Assembly: GCA_025812035.1 (NCBI GenBank)
Contig: GCA_025812035.1_4719.1
Direction: 5' to 3' (one strand)
Source of the DNA: a phage
Length of the DNA: 64,000 nt
This document shows positions 26,653-38,666 of this stretch, one piece after another. A model generated the notes under the pieces. It made no database searches and was not told the DNA's origin. It saw only the letters and a program-made list of their open reading frames with translations. The first letter of the stretch is position 1; every line of letters starts with the position of its first letter. Made by a program: the position numbers and the translations under genes.

Positions 26653-27120
26653 CTATTCTACGCGTCTTAATGCCTGAGTGTAGTAAAGAGCATGAACTCC
26701 GCTTAACGTGTAATGGGTGTTAAATTCGTTATTGATGATATTCCGTATTCTCTCCCAGGTTTTCTTCTCTTTTCTAAGAGTGTGTATTCGATGATAAATC
26801 ATCTCTCTACGTTGCGCCTTGCATGCAACGATGCCGTAACGGTAGCAGAGTTTAGCGATCGCGTCCACGCTACGATTGAACATTACGGCGGCTTCTTTTA
26901 CGCTGTGTGTTTTAAGATAATCGGCTAACATTACCCGTTCTTCGAAACAACAATAGCGGTGACGTGACATGAGTTTCCAGCGCTTGCGATTGCGGTTAAT
27001 TCGACCTTGAACCGAACCTTCCGTTCGGCCAAGCCGTACCGCAATCTCTTGCATCGGGATACCGTTTCGATAGAGGGTAATCAACAACGCATCTTCTTCG
27101 GGTGTCCAGTCCTTGACCAT
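26653..27120 (-). CDS. Myb/SANT-like HTH repeat protein (array member 2)
   Basis: WTPEEDALLITLYRNGIPMQEIAVRLGRTEGSVQGRI is a close match to the SANT/Myb pattern, followed by two further repeats. Confidence 0.55.
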   Translation of the reverse strand: MVKDWTPEEDALLITLYRNGIPMQEIAVRLGRTEGSVQGRINRNRKRWKLMSRHRYCCFEERVMLADYLKTHSVKEAAVMFNRSVDAIAKLCYRYGIVACKAQRREMIYHRIHTLRKEKKTWERIRNIINNEFNTHYTLSGVHALYYTQALRRVE

Positions 27121-27132
27121 AATGCCACCCCA

Positions 27133-29820
<2,688 letters not shown>

Positions 29821-29840
29821 AAAATTGTCAAAACGTACAT

Positions 29841-29875
29841 CGGCATAACGCCCGTGCCCGCCCGCAATGGGAGGG
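29841..29875 (-). promoter_or_regulatory. stem-loop (CCCUCCC/GGGCGGG with one G-U pair) followed 7 nt later by GTTATGCCG box
   Basis: read directly; intergenic between gene 29901-30533 and gene 29509-29820. Confidence 0.35.
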
Positions 29876-29900
29876 ACACAGGCAATACGCTTTTATTTCC

Positions 29901-30533
29901 TCAGGACTTCACGACGCATTCGACTTCGTCGTTCATATAGGCTTCGTATAAAGACAGCACTTCCTTCATTTTAATTTCAGGTAACGCAACGGAACGAATC
30001 GCTTTTAGGATATTGCGTGTTTGATGGTGTTTAACCTTCGCCTCGCGTAGTTTACAGAATTGACGGATACAGGTATTAACCTTGCCACCGTCTGCACGTT
30101 CGAGGGCGACATGCAGTTTCAGGTCCAGTAATACTTCCGTGAGTTCCTGGGTGGCAGGATCGTTACGAATAAGCCGCACGGTACGTTCATCCGGGTTCAG
30201 CATCGTGAGAAACTGAAGCTTGACCTGTTCAGGTACGGGTTTCGTGTTCATCATGATGGCGTCAAACTGTTCTTTAACATCCAACTCATTGAACACATAA
30301 CGTTCGATATGTACGACGTGTGCTTTTCCTGATTCACCGTAAACCGCCATCGCGCGATAATCATCAAACAACACGACATACATCAGATCTTGTTCCGGTC
30401 CGATGGTACCATCCATGAGTTTCGGCGCGTGCTTCTTAAAGAAGCCATAGCGAACAGCCTCATCCGGCATGAGCGTCCACGCTTTAACGGGTTGCTTTAC
30501 GAGTTCCATGTAACACCTCATCAAGATTATCAC
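29901..30533 (-). CDS. hypothetical protein
   Basis: 210-codon ORF; start may be internal (M9) given overlap with the upstream ORF. Confidence 0.45.
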   Translation of the reverse strand: MIILMRCYMELVKQPVKAWTLMPDEAVRYGFFKKHAPKLMDGTIGPEQDLMYVVLFDDYRAMAVYGESGKAHVVHIERYVFNELDVKEQFDAIMMNTKPVPEQVKLQFLTMLNPDERTVRLIRNDPATQELTEVLLDLKLHVALERADGGKVNTCIRQFCKLREAKVKHHQTRNILKAIRSVALPEIKMKEVLSLYEAYMNDEVECVVKS

Positions 30534-30804
30534 TTACACCTGGCGGTACTACGATACCGGTGCGAATCACAGCAGCAACTTCCTGCATGCCTTTACCCTT
30601 CAACGCATATGTTTCATGTACCACATTACGTCGAGTCGTTAATCCAACAAATTTACATACCACCATGTTGTTTTCTGAAAGGTAAGCGGTATCAAGTTCA
30701 CCATGCAACAATTCTTTTTCTTTGGTATCGATACCTAATAATGCAATTTGATAAGCCGAAAGTTTCCAATAACGCATGTTATCACCCAAACTGTTAAGAA
30801 GCAT
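30484..30804 (-). CDS. hypothetical protein
   Basis: 106-codon ORF; overlaps neighbours at both ends, so boundaries are uncertain. Confidence 0.35.
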   Translation of the reverse strand: MLLNSLGDNMRYWKLSAYQIALLGIDTKEKELLHGELDTAYLSENNMVVCKFVGLTTRRNVVHETYALKGKGMQEVAAVIRTGIVVPPGVSDNLDEVLHGTRKATR

Positions 30805-31210
30805 CCTGTTTAATGTTGATGACTATTTCCGTTCGAACCGGGTTGGTCAGCACAGCTCGCATGCGTTCAAGCATCGCTAAGTTATCCGTAACCACCACAT
30901 CGGCGTAACACAGTGGATGACTTTCGAACGCTTCGGTGTCGCTTACTAACAGAACACCCATCACATTTACGTATTGCGGTATACGACCACGAATGCGCTG
31001 CCACAGGTCATGAGTAAGGTCTTCGCTTTCTAATGCAACCACGACGACAGGACTGATATTTACCGGGAAACGCGGATGTACCGTACGACGAAATGTTATC
31101 CAGTTTTCGATGTGGGATAACGCAAGTTCAAGGGAACAACATTTTGGAGAAATCTGTATGTTTATTTGTTGAATCAATGAAAGGGGGTTTTGTACAGTCG
31201 CTTCAGCCAT
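30794..31210 (-). CDS. hypothetical protein
   Basis: 138-codon ORF. Confidence 0.4.
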   Translation of the reverse strand: MAEATVQNPLSLIQQINIQISPKCCSLELALSHIENWITFRRTVHPRFPVNISPVVVVALESEDLTHDLWQRIRGRIPQYVNVMGVLLVSDTEAFESHPLCYADVVVTDNLAMLERMRAVLTNPVRTEIVINIKQDAS

Positions 31211-32188
31211 TTACTTTTTCCTGAAAATCAATGTCGGTAAACCGTTCCTTACGGCATAGTACAACACTAAGAGGTTAATCTTACCAGCGGATACCGTAAG
31301 CATCTTACGACGACGTGGTAAACTAACCGGTACGGTCGACGCCATCGTCGCACTGTTCTTAAACGTTTGGGAATAACGTCGCAGCGATGCTTCACCTAAC
31401 AACGGAAGGAAAAGATCCTCGGTAAGAACATCATCGCAGATATACGTGATCGCAAGTAACGATGGATTCCACTCGTTCAGGAACTCGAAAATCTCGTTTG
31501 CGATACCCAACGCATTATTAGGAAGCGGAACCTCACGAACGTATTTCTGATTGCCTTTATCCAACAGGATTCTCGACATACAGTAATCGTGGATAATACC
31601 CGCAACGTCATCGGCTGTTTCTGCTGACTGCATCAACGCTTGTGCTTCTTCCCAGGCCAGTTGACGTTTTGTTTCGTAATAGGTTGGTTTCAATACCGCG
31701 TAGAAATCGTGGATCAAACGACCAACGTCCCCACGAGTTTTTGCTGCCAGCGCGATGGCGTATGCTTTCTTCTCCGCATCCGTTAAGATCTGATTACGCC
31801 AGAGCACATATTCGTCTAACAGCTCGGTGTATTTAGCCGTCCATTCAGAGGAAAGATAATAACCGATACTATCAATCAACTCGTGTGTTAAAACACCCAG
31901 ATTCTCGCGTCGTGGATCGGCCGACGGCTCGTAGACGAAAGGTAGCTTCGGTTTTTCAAAACCACCGGCTACAATGGTATCTGAAAAAGCGTTAGCAAAA
32001 ACACCCATCGGTTTCCACGACGTAAGGAGATCCTGATACAGCATCGGATGGACGTTATTAATCGCTGTGAATTTATCATCGAAAAGACTCACGCTTGGAT
32101 GTTCGGCATTCGCAAGCTCAAAATAAATTCTTTCGAGCAATGCCTTTACCGCATCGCGTGTCTTATCAATCGGGCCAACAGAAGCCAT
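31211..32188 (-). CDS. hypothetical protein
   Basis: 325-codon ORF; no motif recognised. Confidence 0.45.
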   Translation of the reverse strand: MASVGPIDKTRDAVKALLERIYFELANAEHPSVSLFDDKFTAINNVHPMLYQDLLTSWKPMGVFANAFSDTIVAGGFEKPKLPFVYEPSADPRRENLGVLTHELIDSIGYYLSSEWTAKYTELLDEYVLWRNQILTDAEKKAYAIALAAKTRGDVGRLIHDFYAVLKPTYYETKRQLAWEEAQALMQSAETADDVAGIIHDYCMSRILLDKGNQKYVREVPLPNNALGIANEIFEFLNEWNPSLLAITYICDDVLTEDLFLPLLGEASLRRYSQTFKNSATMASTVPVSLPRRRKMLTVSAGKINLLVLYYAVRNGLPTLIFRKK

Positions 32189-32202
32189 TTAAATTATCCT
32201 CG

Positions 32203-32469
32203 TTAAAAAGTACCCATGACGGATAGGGCAACATGGTCTTTGTTCGCACGTGCTTGTATCGACATATCGAGACCGTTTTTCTTAATATGCCAACGTGCTA
32301 CCAGTTCCGGCTGGTCAACAGAATACAGCCCTTCTCGATGTTGATTCAACCATTTAGCAATCGGATGCAATTTATCAGGATTAACCACACCCAATTCCAA
32401 GCCACCCGGGGTTAATGGTTTAGAATAAAAGTCAAGTGCGTTCCGTAAAAAGTCATCCTCGATACTCAT
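32203..32469 (-). CDS. hypothetical protein
   Basis: 88-codon ORF. Confidence 0.4.
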   Translation of the reverse strand: MSIEDDFLRNALDFYSKPLTPGGLELGVVNPDKLHPIAKWLNQHREGLYSVDQPELVARWHIKKNGLDMSIQARANKDHVALSVMGTF

Positions 32470-32582
32470 CGTAGCATACCTACCATGCCAATTATGGCAA
32501 ACAGTATACCAACAGCGCTATATGCAAGCAGTGCTTTAGCAACCCAAGATTTTATTTCAGCACACTCTTCATGGTTCACCAT
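32466..32582 (-). CDS. small membrane protein (38 aa), not in the ORF track
   Basis: ATG at 32582 preceded by GAGGTG; encodes MVNHEECAEIKSWVAKALLAYSAVGILFAIIGMVGMLR with one hydrophobic helix; stop TGA overlaps the ATG of the downstream gene (ATGA). Confidence 0.35.
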   Translation of the reverse strand: MVNHEECAEIKSWVAKALLAYSAVGILFAIIGMVGMLR

Positions 32583-32658
32583 TTTTTTCACCTCGTTTGG
32601 TTATTGTCTGATCTCATACCTTTACCTAAGCGTACCCCGCCATTAAGACGGGGGCTTA

Positions 32659-33033
32659 TCACCAGAGACGATTACCTTCCTCATCCCACCACGCGATTGC
32701 TTGCGTCGACTCAAATGAGTTAGGACGTAATACCATACCCTTACGGTCAACGATTAACCGCAATTCGGTACCGAACCATTCAATCGAGATAAACAAACCT
32801 TGACGAATGATTGCTTGATAACCTGATAGCCGGTCAAAGAGTCGTTGAAAGAGTTCATCGTGTTCGCACGACGTTAACGCTTCTGAATAACGTTGCATCG
32901 ATCTTGCATCAGTAGGTAAACGTGTTTTACAGTTCCACCACGACACAGCGTACATCAATGCGGCGTTACGCAACCGTAACGATTGAACCGGCGTTAGTTG
33001 CCGTCCTTCAACATCATCGATAATGACATACAT
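32659..33033 (-). CDS. hypothetical protein
   Basis: 124-codon ORF. Confidence 0.45.
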   Translation of the reverse strand: MYVIIDDVEGRQLTPVQSLRLRNAALMYAVSWWNCKTRLPTDARSMQRYSEALTSCEHDELFQRLFDRLSGYQAIIRQGLFISIEWFGTELRLIVDRKGMVLRPNSFESTQAIAWWDEEGNRLW

Positions 33034-33039
33034 TGCGTC

Positions 33040-33228
33040 TTATTCCGCGTTTGTTTCCTTAACATGGACACATTCCGCATCGATAGTCACACCGGTAGAA
33101 CGATTGGTCTCGTTGGTATAATCGAATCCGCTGTTGAACAACATTGCGAACGTGTTATTATCCATACGAGCAAAGGTCTCCGCAATACGATCGGGATGAA
33201 AATCGGTGCGGTTGATGGTCGATTTCAC
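33040..33228 (-). CDS. hypothetical small protein
   Basis: 62 codons from GTG with AGGAG 8 nt upstream; fills an otherwise empty gap. Confidence 0.3.
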   Translation of the reverse strand: MKSTINRTDFHPDRIAETFARMDNNTFAMLFNSGFDYTNETNRSTGVTIDAECVHVKETNAE

Positions 33229-33267
33229 AAAAAACTCCTGTAAACAATTTAATTATTGGTATTAAGA

Positions 33268-33753
33268 TTAAAGCAGGATCTGCGGACAGCAGCATGATTC
33301 GTAACCACCTTCATGCGGTAACGTATTGCTGGTGTCAGGCCAGACAAGCTGAATACCTGCAACTTTCTTACCGTATCGGGCGGCAGCAGCTATCGCATAC
33401 ACTTCATTGAAGGATTCAATATCCTCAATTTCGCGTACGTCGAGACGCAACGTTTCGCCCGTACCCTTCAAAGTCAGATTGCCATCGAACGCGCCTAACG
33501 GGATGGTCTTTGCTTTCACCATGAAGTTACCCAGCTTGTTGATTGCTGAACCGAGGGCTGGGCAGTAACCGGATACGAAGATTTCCGGCATCCCATGTTC
33601 GGTTAGACCAACAGTATACATAAAGCCAGGCTCGTCGCTTCCCTCATCAGGAGCGACACTGATAATAGCCCACTGCTTTTTCTCGATATATTCTTCGACA
33701 AAATCGTCCAGTTTTGAAAAATTGTTTTCATTAAGTTTAACTGTGTTACTCAT
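33268..33753 (-). CDS. hypothetical protein
   Basis: 161-codon ORF; C-terminal CCCP. Confidence 0.45.
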   Translation of the reverse strand: MSNTVKLNENNFSKLDDFVEEYIEKKQWAIISVAPDEGSDEPGFMYTVGLTEHGMPEIFVSGYCPALGSAINKLGNFMVKAKTIPLGAFDGNLTLKGTGETLRLDVREIEDIESFNEVYAIAAAARYGKKVAGIQLVWPDTSNTLPHEGGYESCCCPQILL

Positions 33754-34027
33754 GTTCTTTATCCTTTAATGCGTTTTCTAACCAGCGGACATAACTTTCA
33801 CGATAAACATGAATATGTCTTTTACCGTCGCGAAAGTTAGGGTCAATAAGATGAATCGCAGCGTGGGTTGAGGCAGCCGCATGCTGCAAATGTTTTCGTG
33901 TTAATCGTCCACGTTTTACCCAGCGTTGAATATACCGCGCATCTGCTGCGAGACAGGTACGTTCATCGATGAAAGGTACCAATACCTGAACGATACTACC
34001 GTAATACACCATCGAACTGTTGAACAT
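33746..34027 (-). CDS. hypothetical protein
   Basis: 93-codon ORF. Confidence 0.4.
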   Translation of the reverse strand: MFNSSMVYYGSIVQVLVPFIDERTCLAADARYIQRWVKRGRLTRKHLQHAAASTHAAIHLIDPNFRDGKRHIHVYRESYVRWLENALKDKEHE

Positions 34028-34057
34028 CTGCGTCTCCGTGCAAATGGATGAAGCTGA

Positions 34058-34363
34058 TTAGTGAAGAATTACCGTTTGCATCCGTCTCTCGTATTCGGAT
34101 TGCAACTCGTCATAACGACGATTAACTCTTTCAATAGCATCGTCTATATCTTCGAGGGAGAAGTCTTTTGTTCTTCCGCGTGACGATTCTAGTCGATATA
34201 TAAAAGCATCGCGCATACCTTCAGCGGCGGCAAGTTCACACATCGCGTGATGCTTATCTTCATGGAATATGATGACTGGCTTATCGTATTCACTTGCAGT
34301 AAAGTAGTTACGAATTTCAGCCAATCGTTCCTCTGAGATTGTTACACTGATATTTTCGCTCAT
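34058..34363 (-). CDS. hypothetical protein
   Basis: 101-codon ORF. Confidence 0.4.
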   Translation of the reverse strand: MSENISVTISEERLAEIRNYFTASEYDKPVIIFHEDKHHAMCELAAAEGMRDAFIYRLESSRGRTKDFSLEDIDDAIERVNRRYDELQSEYERRMQTVILH

Positions 34364-34375
34364 CTTGTATCCCTC

Positions 34376-34708
34376 TTAAAGTTTTAACGTATTGACGCCG
34401 CTTATAAAGGCGTTGATTTCATTGTCGATGTTACCAGTTTGTTCGATAATCTTCTCCACCATCAATCTTGGTTTGTTGTAAGCGATACTTACAGCATCAG
34501 GGCCATTTCCATACATGCTCGCGACGTAAATTCGAAGTTCTTTTAAACGATCAAGTAACAACTGTGTGATATCCAGAACTTCTTCTGTGGCGGTCCGTGT
34601 GTTGCTTTCGCGTAACTTGTGCTCTAACAGCGATGTCGCGGCATCGAGCATGGATGTGTATTTACGATAGTTATAAATATCAATTATAGCTGTCTGATTC
34701 ATATACAC
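34376..34708 (-). CDS. hypothetical protein
   Basis: 110-codon ORF. Confidence 0.4.
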   Translation of the reverse strand: MYMNQTAIIDIYNYRKYTSMLDAATSLLEHKLRESNTRTATEEVLDITQLLLDRLKELRIYVASMYGNGPDAVSIAYNKPRLMVEKIIEQTGNIDNEINAFISGVNTLKL

Positions 34709-34713
34709 GTTAT

Positions 34714-35082
34714 TTATTTATCGGGGTCTGGAAAATAGTAAAATCGCCAATGCAAAATAGAAATCGCATTTCTTATTTGATTCGCACGAACACAGCGTCC
34801 GAGAAAGGATTTGTAGCAAGAATCGCAATCCATAAACAACTCGTGGCTCGATTTCATCAAAACCACGATGTCTCTTATATACGAATTGCAGTACTCGATA
34901 AACGGATCTGTATCGTACGTATATTTCCTCGCACTACCTATCCCCAACTCTCTATTTAACTCACGACAATTTATCATGAGCTTCACATAACGGATAAGCC
35001 GAACGAAGTCACGTAAATTACGATTAAACCAATATCGATACCAAAATGACTGTATGCCCCAAACAGTTCTATTTAACTTCAT
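34714..35082 (-). CDS. hypothetical protein
   Basis: 122-codon ORF. Confidence 0.4.
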   Translation of the reverse strand: MKLNRTVWGIQSFWYRYWFNRNLRDFVRLIRYVKLMINCRELNRELGIGSARKYTYDTDPFIEYCNSYIRDIVVLMKSSHELFMDCDSCYKSFLGRCVRANQIRNAISILHWRFYYFPDPDK

Positions 35083-35710
35083 TGATACCCTCTATTAGTT
35101 GTACGGCAACTTCTCTTTCGGTGTTATAAAAGAACTTGCGATGGAACTGAACAAGAAGTTTTTCGAATTTACATTGAACGATCTTTTTACGTTCGATGTG
35201 ACCCAGGGAGAGCAAAGCACCCATGCAACGTACTGCTTGTTCGAGAACTTGTTTCGCGGTATCGTGATCGTCAGGCAACGGTAAATCTTCCTCATCATCT
35301 TTAGCGATAAGGCGTCTGATGATGTTATCAATACGTATCTCATCACCGTTAATAAAAGCCCCCTTCTCCCAGTCATCGAATCGTTGATGGATTCGACGTT
35401 GTAAGTTGGCCCTGTCTTCCATTAACTCTTTCAACTGGTTTTCTAAGTTGAATACGGTACGGCGATCTGTTTCAGTGAATCTTTCCGACTCTTTGTACCA
35501 CCAATCATTACGTGCCAGTAAATCATTGACACGCGATACCATCCGACGACATTCACCAACAAGTCCATCACCATTCGGTAGCTCTGTACCGAAATAGCAT
35601 TTGTATTTATAACGCATAACACGGATTAAATGTTTTGCTAGAAAACCTTGTTTTTCCAGTTTCTTCTTCAGTTGCGTGTATTTCTCTTCTTTTGTTTCCA
35701 TTAATTCCAT
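35069..35710 (-). CDS. hypothetical protein
   Basis: 213-codon ORF, charged and helix-rich. Confidence 0.45.
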   Translation of the reverse strand: MELMETKEEKYTQLKKKLEKQGFLAKHLIRVMRYKYKCYFGTELPNGDGLVGECRRMVSRVNDLLARNDWWYKESERFTETDRRTVFNLENQLKELMEDRANLQRRIHQRFDDWEKGAFINGDEIRIDNIIRRLIAKDDEEDLPLPDDHDTAKQVLEQAVRCMGALLSLGHIERKKIVQCKFEKLLVQFHRKFFYNTEREVAVQLIEGINEVK

Positions 35711-36099
35711 GATGTTGTACCTCGTTCAGCAATCAGGAGGGTCGTGGTTGTGCTTTTCACTAATCTATTAAAGTCTTGATATATCCGCCTGAGGGATGAT
35801 TTCAAATCGCAATAACGACTGAAATAAGCCTTCAGGTCATCTTTTGTCACCGTCTCCGTATTTATTTTCGTAGAAACACCGAGATCGATAAACTCTTTTC
35901 TTAATTGGGATAATTCGTCAAGAAGTCGATGATGGCTTAGATAAATAATAGATTTATCGGATAATAACTCGCCGGTTATCCGGCTCTGGCGTTCATCGAG
36001 ATATTGGAGCCGCCATTCAATTCGCTTGCGTAATTTATCAAGTAAATCAACAAAAGCGGTATAGCTGTTAACGGCTAGGTTAACTTGACTCGCTATCAT
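35701..36099 (-). CDS. hypothetical protein
   Basis: 132-codon ORF. Confidence 0.4.
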   Translation of the reverse strand: MIASQVNLAVNSYTAFVDLLDKLRKRIEWRLQYLDERQSRITGELLSDKSIIYLSHHRLLDELSQLRKEFIDLGVSTKINTETVTKDDLKAYFSRYCDLKSSLRRIYQDFNRLVKSTTTTLLIAERGTTSWN

Positions 36100-36446
36100 T
36101 CCACATTCTCCGTTATATGCTTTAAACTGTTACGTATACTTCTCAATCGATGGTTAAATCCGGAACGATAACATTTCCGTTCAAACCGTGCCGCTCGCGA
36201 TTTATTCGCCTGATGAAGCTGTTCGTTCACCTGCGACGCTATACGTAAACGCTCTAATAAAGACCTCAGCCGAACGACAACCAACGGCTGTTCTTTCACC
36301 TTCTCTAGTTTGAGTAAATTGTCAACACGAAACTTTATTTCGATAATCTGATTCCTGTTTTTGCGGTACTGATGAATATACCAACATCGACGAAAATAGG
36401 CGATGCTAAACATAGGGTAGGTCCTTTTCAACGCCACCTCCAACAA
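36096..36446 (-). CDS. hypothetical protein
   Basis: 116-codon ORF, basic. Confidence 0.4.
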   Translation of the reverse strand: MLEVALKRTYPMFSIAYFRRCWYIHQYRKNRNQIIEIKFRVDNLLKLEKVKEQPLVVVRLRSLLERLRIASQVNEQLHQANKSRAARFERKCYRSGFNHRLRSIRNSLKHITENVE

Positions 36447-36631
36447 TAAAACGGATTAGGTGCTTTATGGTATTTATAAATACCCACTTTCTTCCGTCTG
36501 CCTTTACCCGGTCCTCGTTTAATACGTTTGTTATAAACACGACCCAAATATCGAGTGACGATAGATCGGGATAAATACATCGGATCGATATAATCCAGAG
36601 TACCCGCTTCTGTTTCTTCGAGACATTGCAT
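36428..36631 (-). CDS. small basic protein with KRGPGKGRRKK motif
   Basis: 67 codons; shares the basic Gly-Pro-Gly-Lys-Gly motif with ORFs at 18360-18587 and 36854-37000. Confidence 0.35.
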   Translation of the reverse strand: MQCLEETEAGTLDYIDPMYLSRSIVTRYLGRVYNKRIKRGPGKGRRKKVGIYKYHKAPNPFYCWRWR

Positions 36632-36657
36632 ACGTAACTCCTCTTTCCTCTAAGAAG

Positions 36658-36864
36658 TCAATCCAGCATAAGCCATGGCATCGCTTTCGCGATAGAATCC
36701 ACCGCAGCATTTGCTATCCTTCGTTCAGTCATTGGCACCACGTGCGCAACGAACCGTTTCCCTTTATTGCAACCTTTCTTGTGTTTTCCTTTGACTAAAC
36801 GAACACCGATCATGTCGTTGATAACATGATTTAGTATGTAGCGCTGTAGAGAATTAATCATCAC
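36658..36864 (-). CDS. hypothetical protein
   Basis: 68-codon ORF with GTG start. Confidence 0.35.
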   Translation of the reverse strand: MMINSLQRYILNHVINDMIGVRLVKGKHKKGCNKGKRFVAHVVPMTERRIANAAVDSIAKAMPWLMLD

Positions 36865-37000
36865 TTTTACTCCAGGCAGAGAAGACCCTCGGTTTTAGTT
36901 CTATCTGTCCGCATATCCAGGTGTATCTCCATTTACCTTTACGAGGACCTTTCTTATTTTTAACGCCTATCAGAATACGATAGGGATATGACCAAGTCAT
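36854..37000 (-). CDS. small basic protein (48 aa) with KKGPRKGK motif, not in the ORF track
   Basis: ATG at 37000 preceded by AAGGGGGG; encodes MTWSYPYRILIGVKNKKGPRKGKWRY... Confidence 0.3.
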   Translation of the reverse strand: MTWSYPYRILIGVKNKKGPRKGKWRYTWICGQIELKPRVFSAWSKSDD

Positions 37001-37012
37001 TCTAAACCCCCC

Positions 37013-37306
37013 TTAATGCAGCCGCTTCTCGAAGTCAGTTTTAAGAAGCACCACTCTTTCATCGATGGTATCCAACGCTTTCAGTAATGATTTACGCTGT
37101 TCCTTTGTAAGCATCTCCGTCTTAAGACGCTTGTTAATTGTTACTTTAAGCTGCACCGCTAGAGTCTGAACAAGCACGCTATCAGCTTCTATCTCGTAAC
37201 TATTTTCTGGCGGTGATAGCACCTCGCTAACGCCAGCGAGATAACAACCTATAACGGTCATTCGTCTATCCATTGCTTCCAGCAACTCAGAACTTACTTC
37301 ATCCAC
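37013..37306 (-). CDS. hypothetical protein
   Basis: 97 codons; GTG start with GGAGGG upstream. Confidence 0.4.
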   Translation of the reverse strand: MDEVSSELLEAMDRRMTVIGCYLAGVSEVLSPPENSYEIEADSVLVQTLAVQLKVTINKRLKTEMLTKEQRKSLLKALDTIDERVVLLKTDFEKRLH

Positions 37307-37344
37307 GATAACCCTCCGCGAGTTTCTCTATTTCGTTCTGTGTT

Positions 37345-37366
37345 GCGGGTGGATACACCCACCCGC
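37345..37366 (-). promoter_or_regulatory. intergenic 8-bp stem-loop (GCGGGTGG/CCACCCGC) just downstream of thyA
   Basis: perfect inverted repeat read directly; no U tract. Confidence 0.3.
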
Positions 37367-37375
37367 ATCGTTAAT

Positions 37376-38395
37376 TTACACCGCCACCTTAGCCTTGATA
37401 GCCGGATGCGATTGATATCCAACGAACACAAAGTCTTCGTAACGGTAATCCGTAATACTTTCCGGTTTACGTACGATCGTTAGCTTCGGTAATGGATACG
37501 GCTCACGACTGAGCTGCTCTTTAACCTGTTCGAAGTGGTTGTGATAGATGTGACAATCTCCACCAGTCCACACGAACTCACCGACGTCCATATTCAGCTG
37601 TTGGGCAAGCATATGCGTTAACAACGAATATGAGGCGATGTTAAAGCTCCAACCCAAGAGCGTGTCGCACGAACGCTGATAAAGCTGACAGGATAAAGCA
37701 CGTGTTGGTACGTTATGTGTGTTCAACCAAAGTTCTATTTCACTACGTCGTACATCATCCATAACCCACTGGGTTCTTAGTACGTCGTTGCGTCGGACAT
37801 AATCAACGCGTTCATCGATCGTGAGTTCGTGGGTATAGAACTGATAGAAACTGTGGCACGGGGCGAGGTGCATGTCGTCTAAATCGCCTACGTTCCACGC
37901 GCTAACGATGATCCGTCGAGAATCAGGATCTTCTTTAAGCTGACGCATCACGTTTGCAATCTGATCGTGATGTTTAACATACACGAGGTGTTTTAGCATA
38001 CCGTCGTTAAGAATACCACAATACTCGTAACCGCGTTGCATCAACTCGCGAGTACGTTCTGTATCGTGCGGAACAACCACTTTGTAGTCAATCCATTCCC
38101 GCCATTGGCTACCGTAAATCGGTCCTAGATTCCCTTCTTCGTCAGCCCACTCATTCCAAATACGAACACCGTTATCTTGAAGATAAGCAACGTTTGTATC
38201 ACCATTAAGAAACCAGAGCAGTTCGTGGATAACGCTCTTAAGGTGAATCTTCTTAGTGGTTACCAGCGGGAATCCTTTCTTCAAGTCAAAACGCATTTGA
38301 CGTCCGAATACCGAACGGGTACCAGTACCTGTGCGGTCGGCTTTATCGCGACCATTATCCATGATGTCTTGCAAAAGGTCCAAATACTGTTTCAT
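37376..38395 (-). CDS. thyA: thymidylate synthase with two large insertions
   Basis: strong collinear match to ThyA: [40 protein letters not shown], catalytic [31 protein letters not shown]; 339 aa versus ~264 for typical ThyA, owing to two inserted segments. Confidence 0.9.
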   Translation of the reverse strand: MKQYLDLLQDIMDNGRDKADRTGTGTRSVFGRQMRFDLKKGFPLVTTKKIHLKSVIHELLWFLNGDTNVAYLQDNGVRIWNEWADEEGNLGPIYGSQWREWIDYKVVVPHDTERTRELMQRGYEYCGILNDGMLKHLVYVKHHDQIANVMRQLKEDPDSRRIIVSAWNVGDLDDMHLAPCHSFYQFYTHELTIDERVDYVRRNDVLRTQWVMDDVRRSEIELWLNTHNVPTRALSCQLYQRSCDTLLGWSFNIASYSLLTHMLAQQLNMDVGEFVWTGGDCHIYHNHFEQVKEQLSREPYPLPKLTIVRKPESITDYRYEDFVFVGYQSHPAIKAKVAV

Positions 38396-38604
38396 TTTAA
38401 TCCTCTAAGTGTTTTAACTAGTTCCTGTAATTTGTAATGATATTTAGAATCGCTTAACGTGTAGCAGCAACCACGTAACACGTTATACGCGAAATCAGCT
38501 TGTAAACCACGAACCTTCGGATCCGATGATAGGTTCAATGACGCATCATCAAAAATCCACGCTTCAATGTTCCTCTTAGATTCCTTCGTTAACATCGTTC
38601 TCAC
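38392..38604 (-). CDS. hypothetical protein
   Basis: 70 codons; 4-nt overlap with thyA start. Confidence 0.4.
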   Translation of the reverse strand: MRTMLTKESKRNIEAWIFDDASLNLSSDPKVRGLQADFAYNVLRGCCYTLSDSKYHYKLQELVKTLRGLK

Positions 38605-38666
38605 CTCGTAGTAAAAGTAAATAGGATTTGTCGAGACGCCCTAATTACTTACAACGTAGGTTCTCC

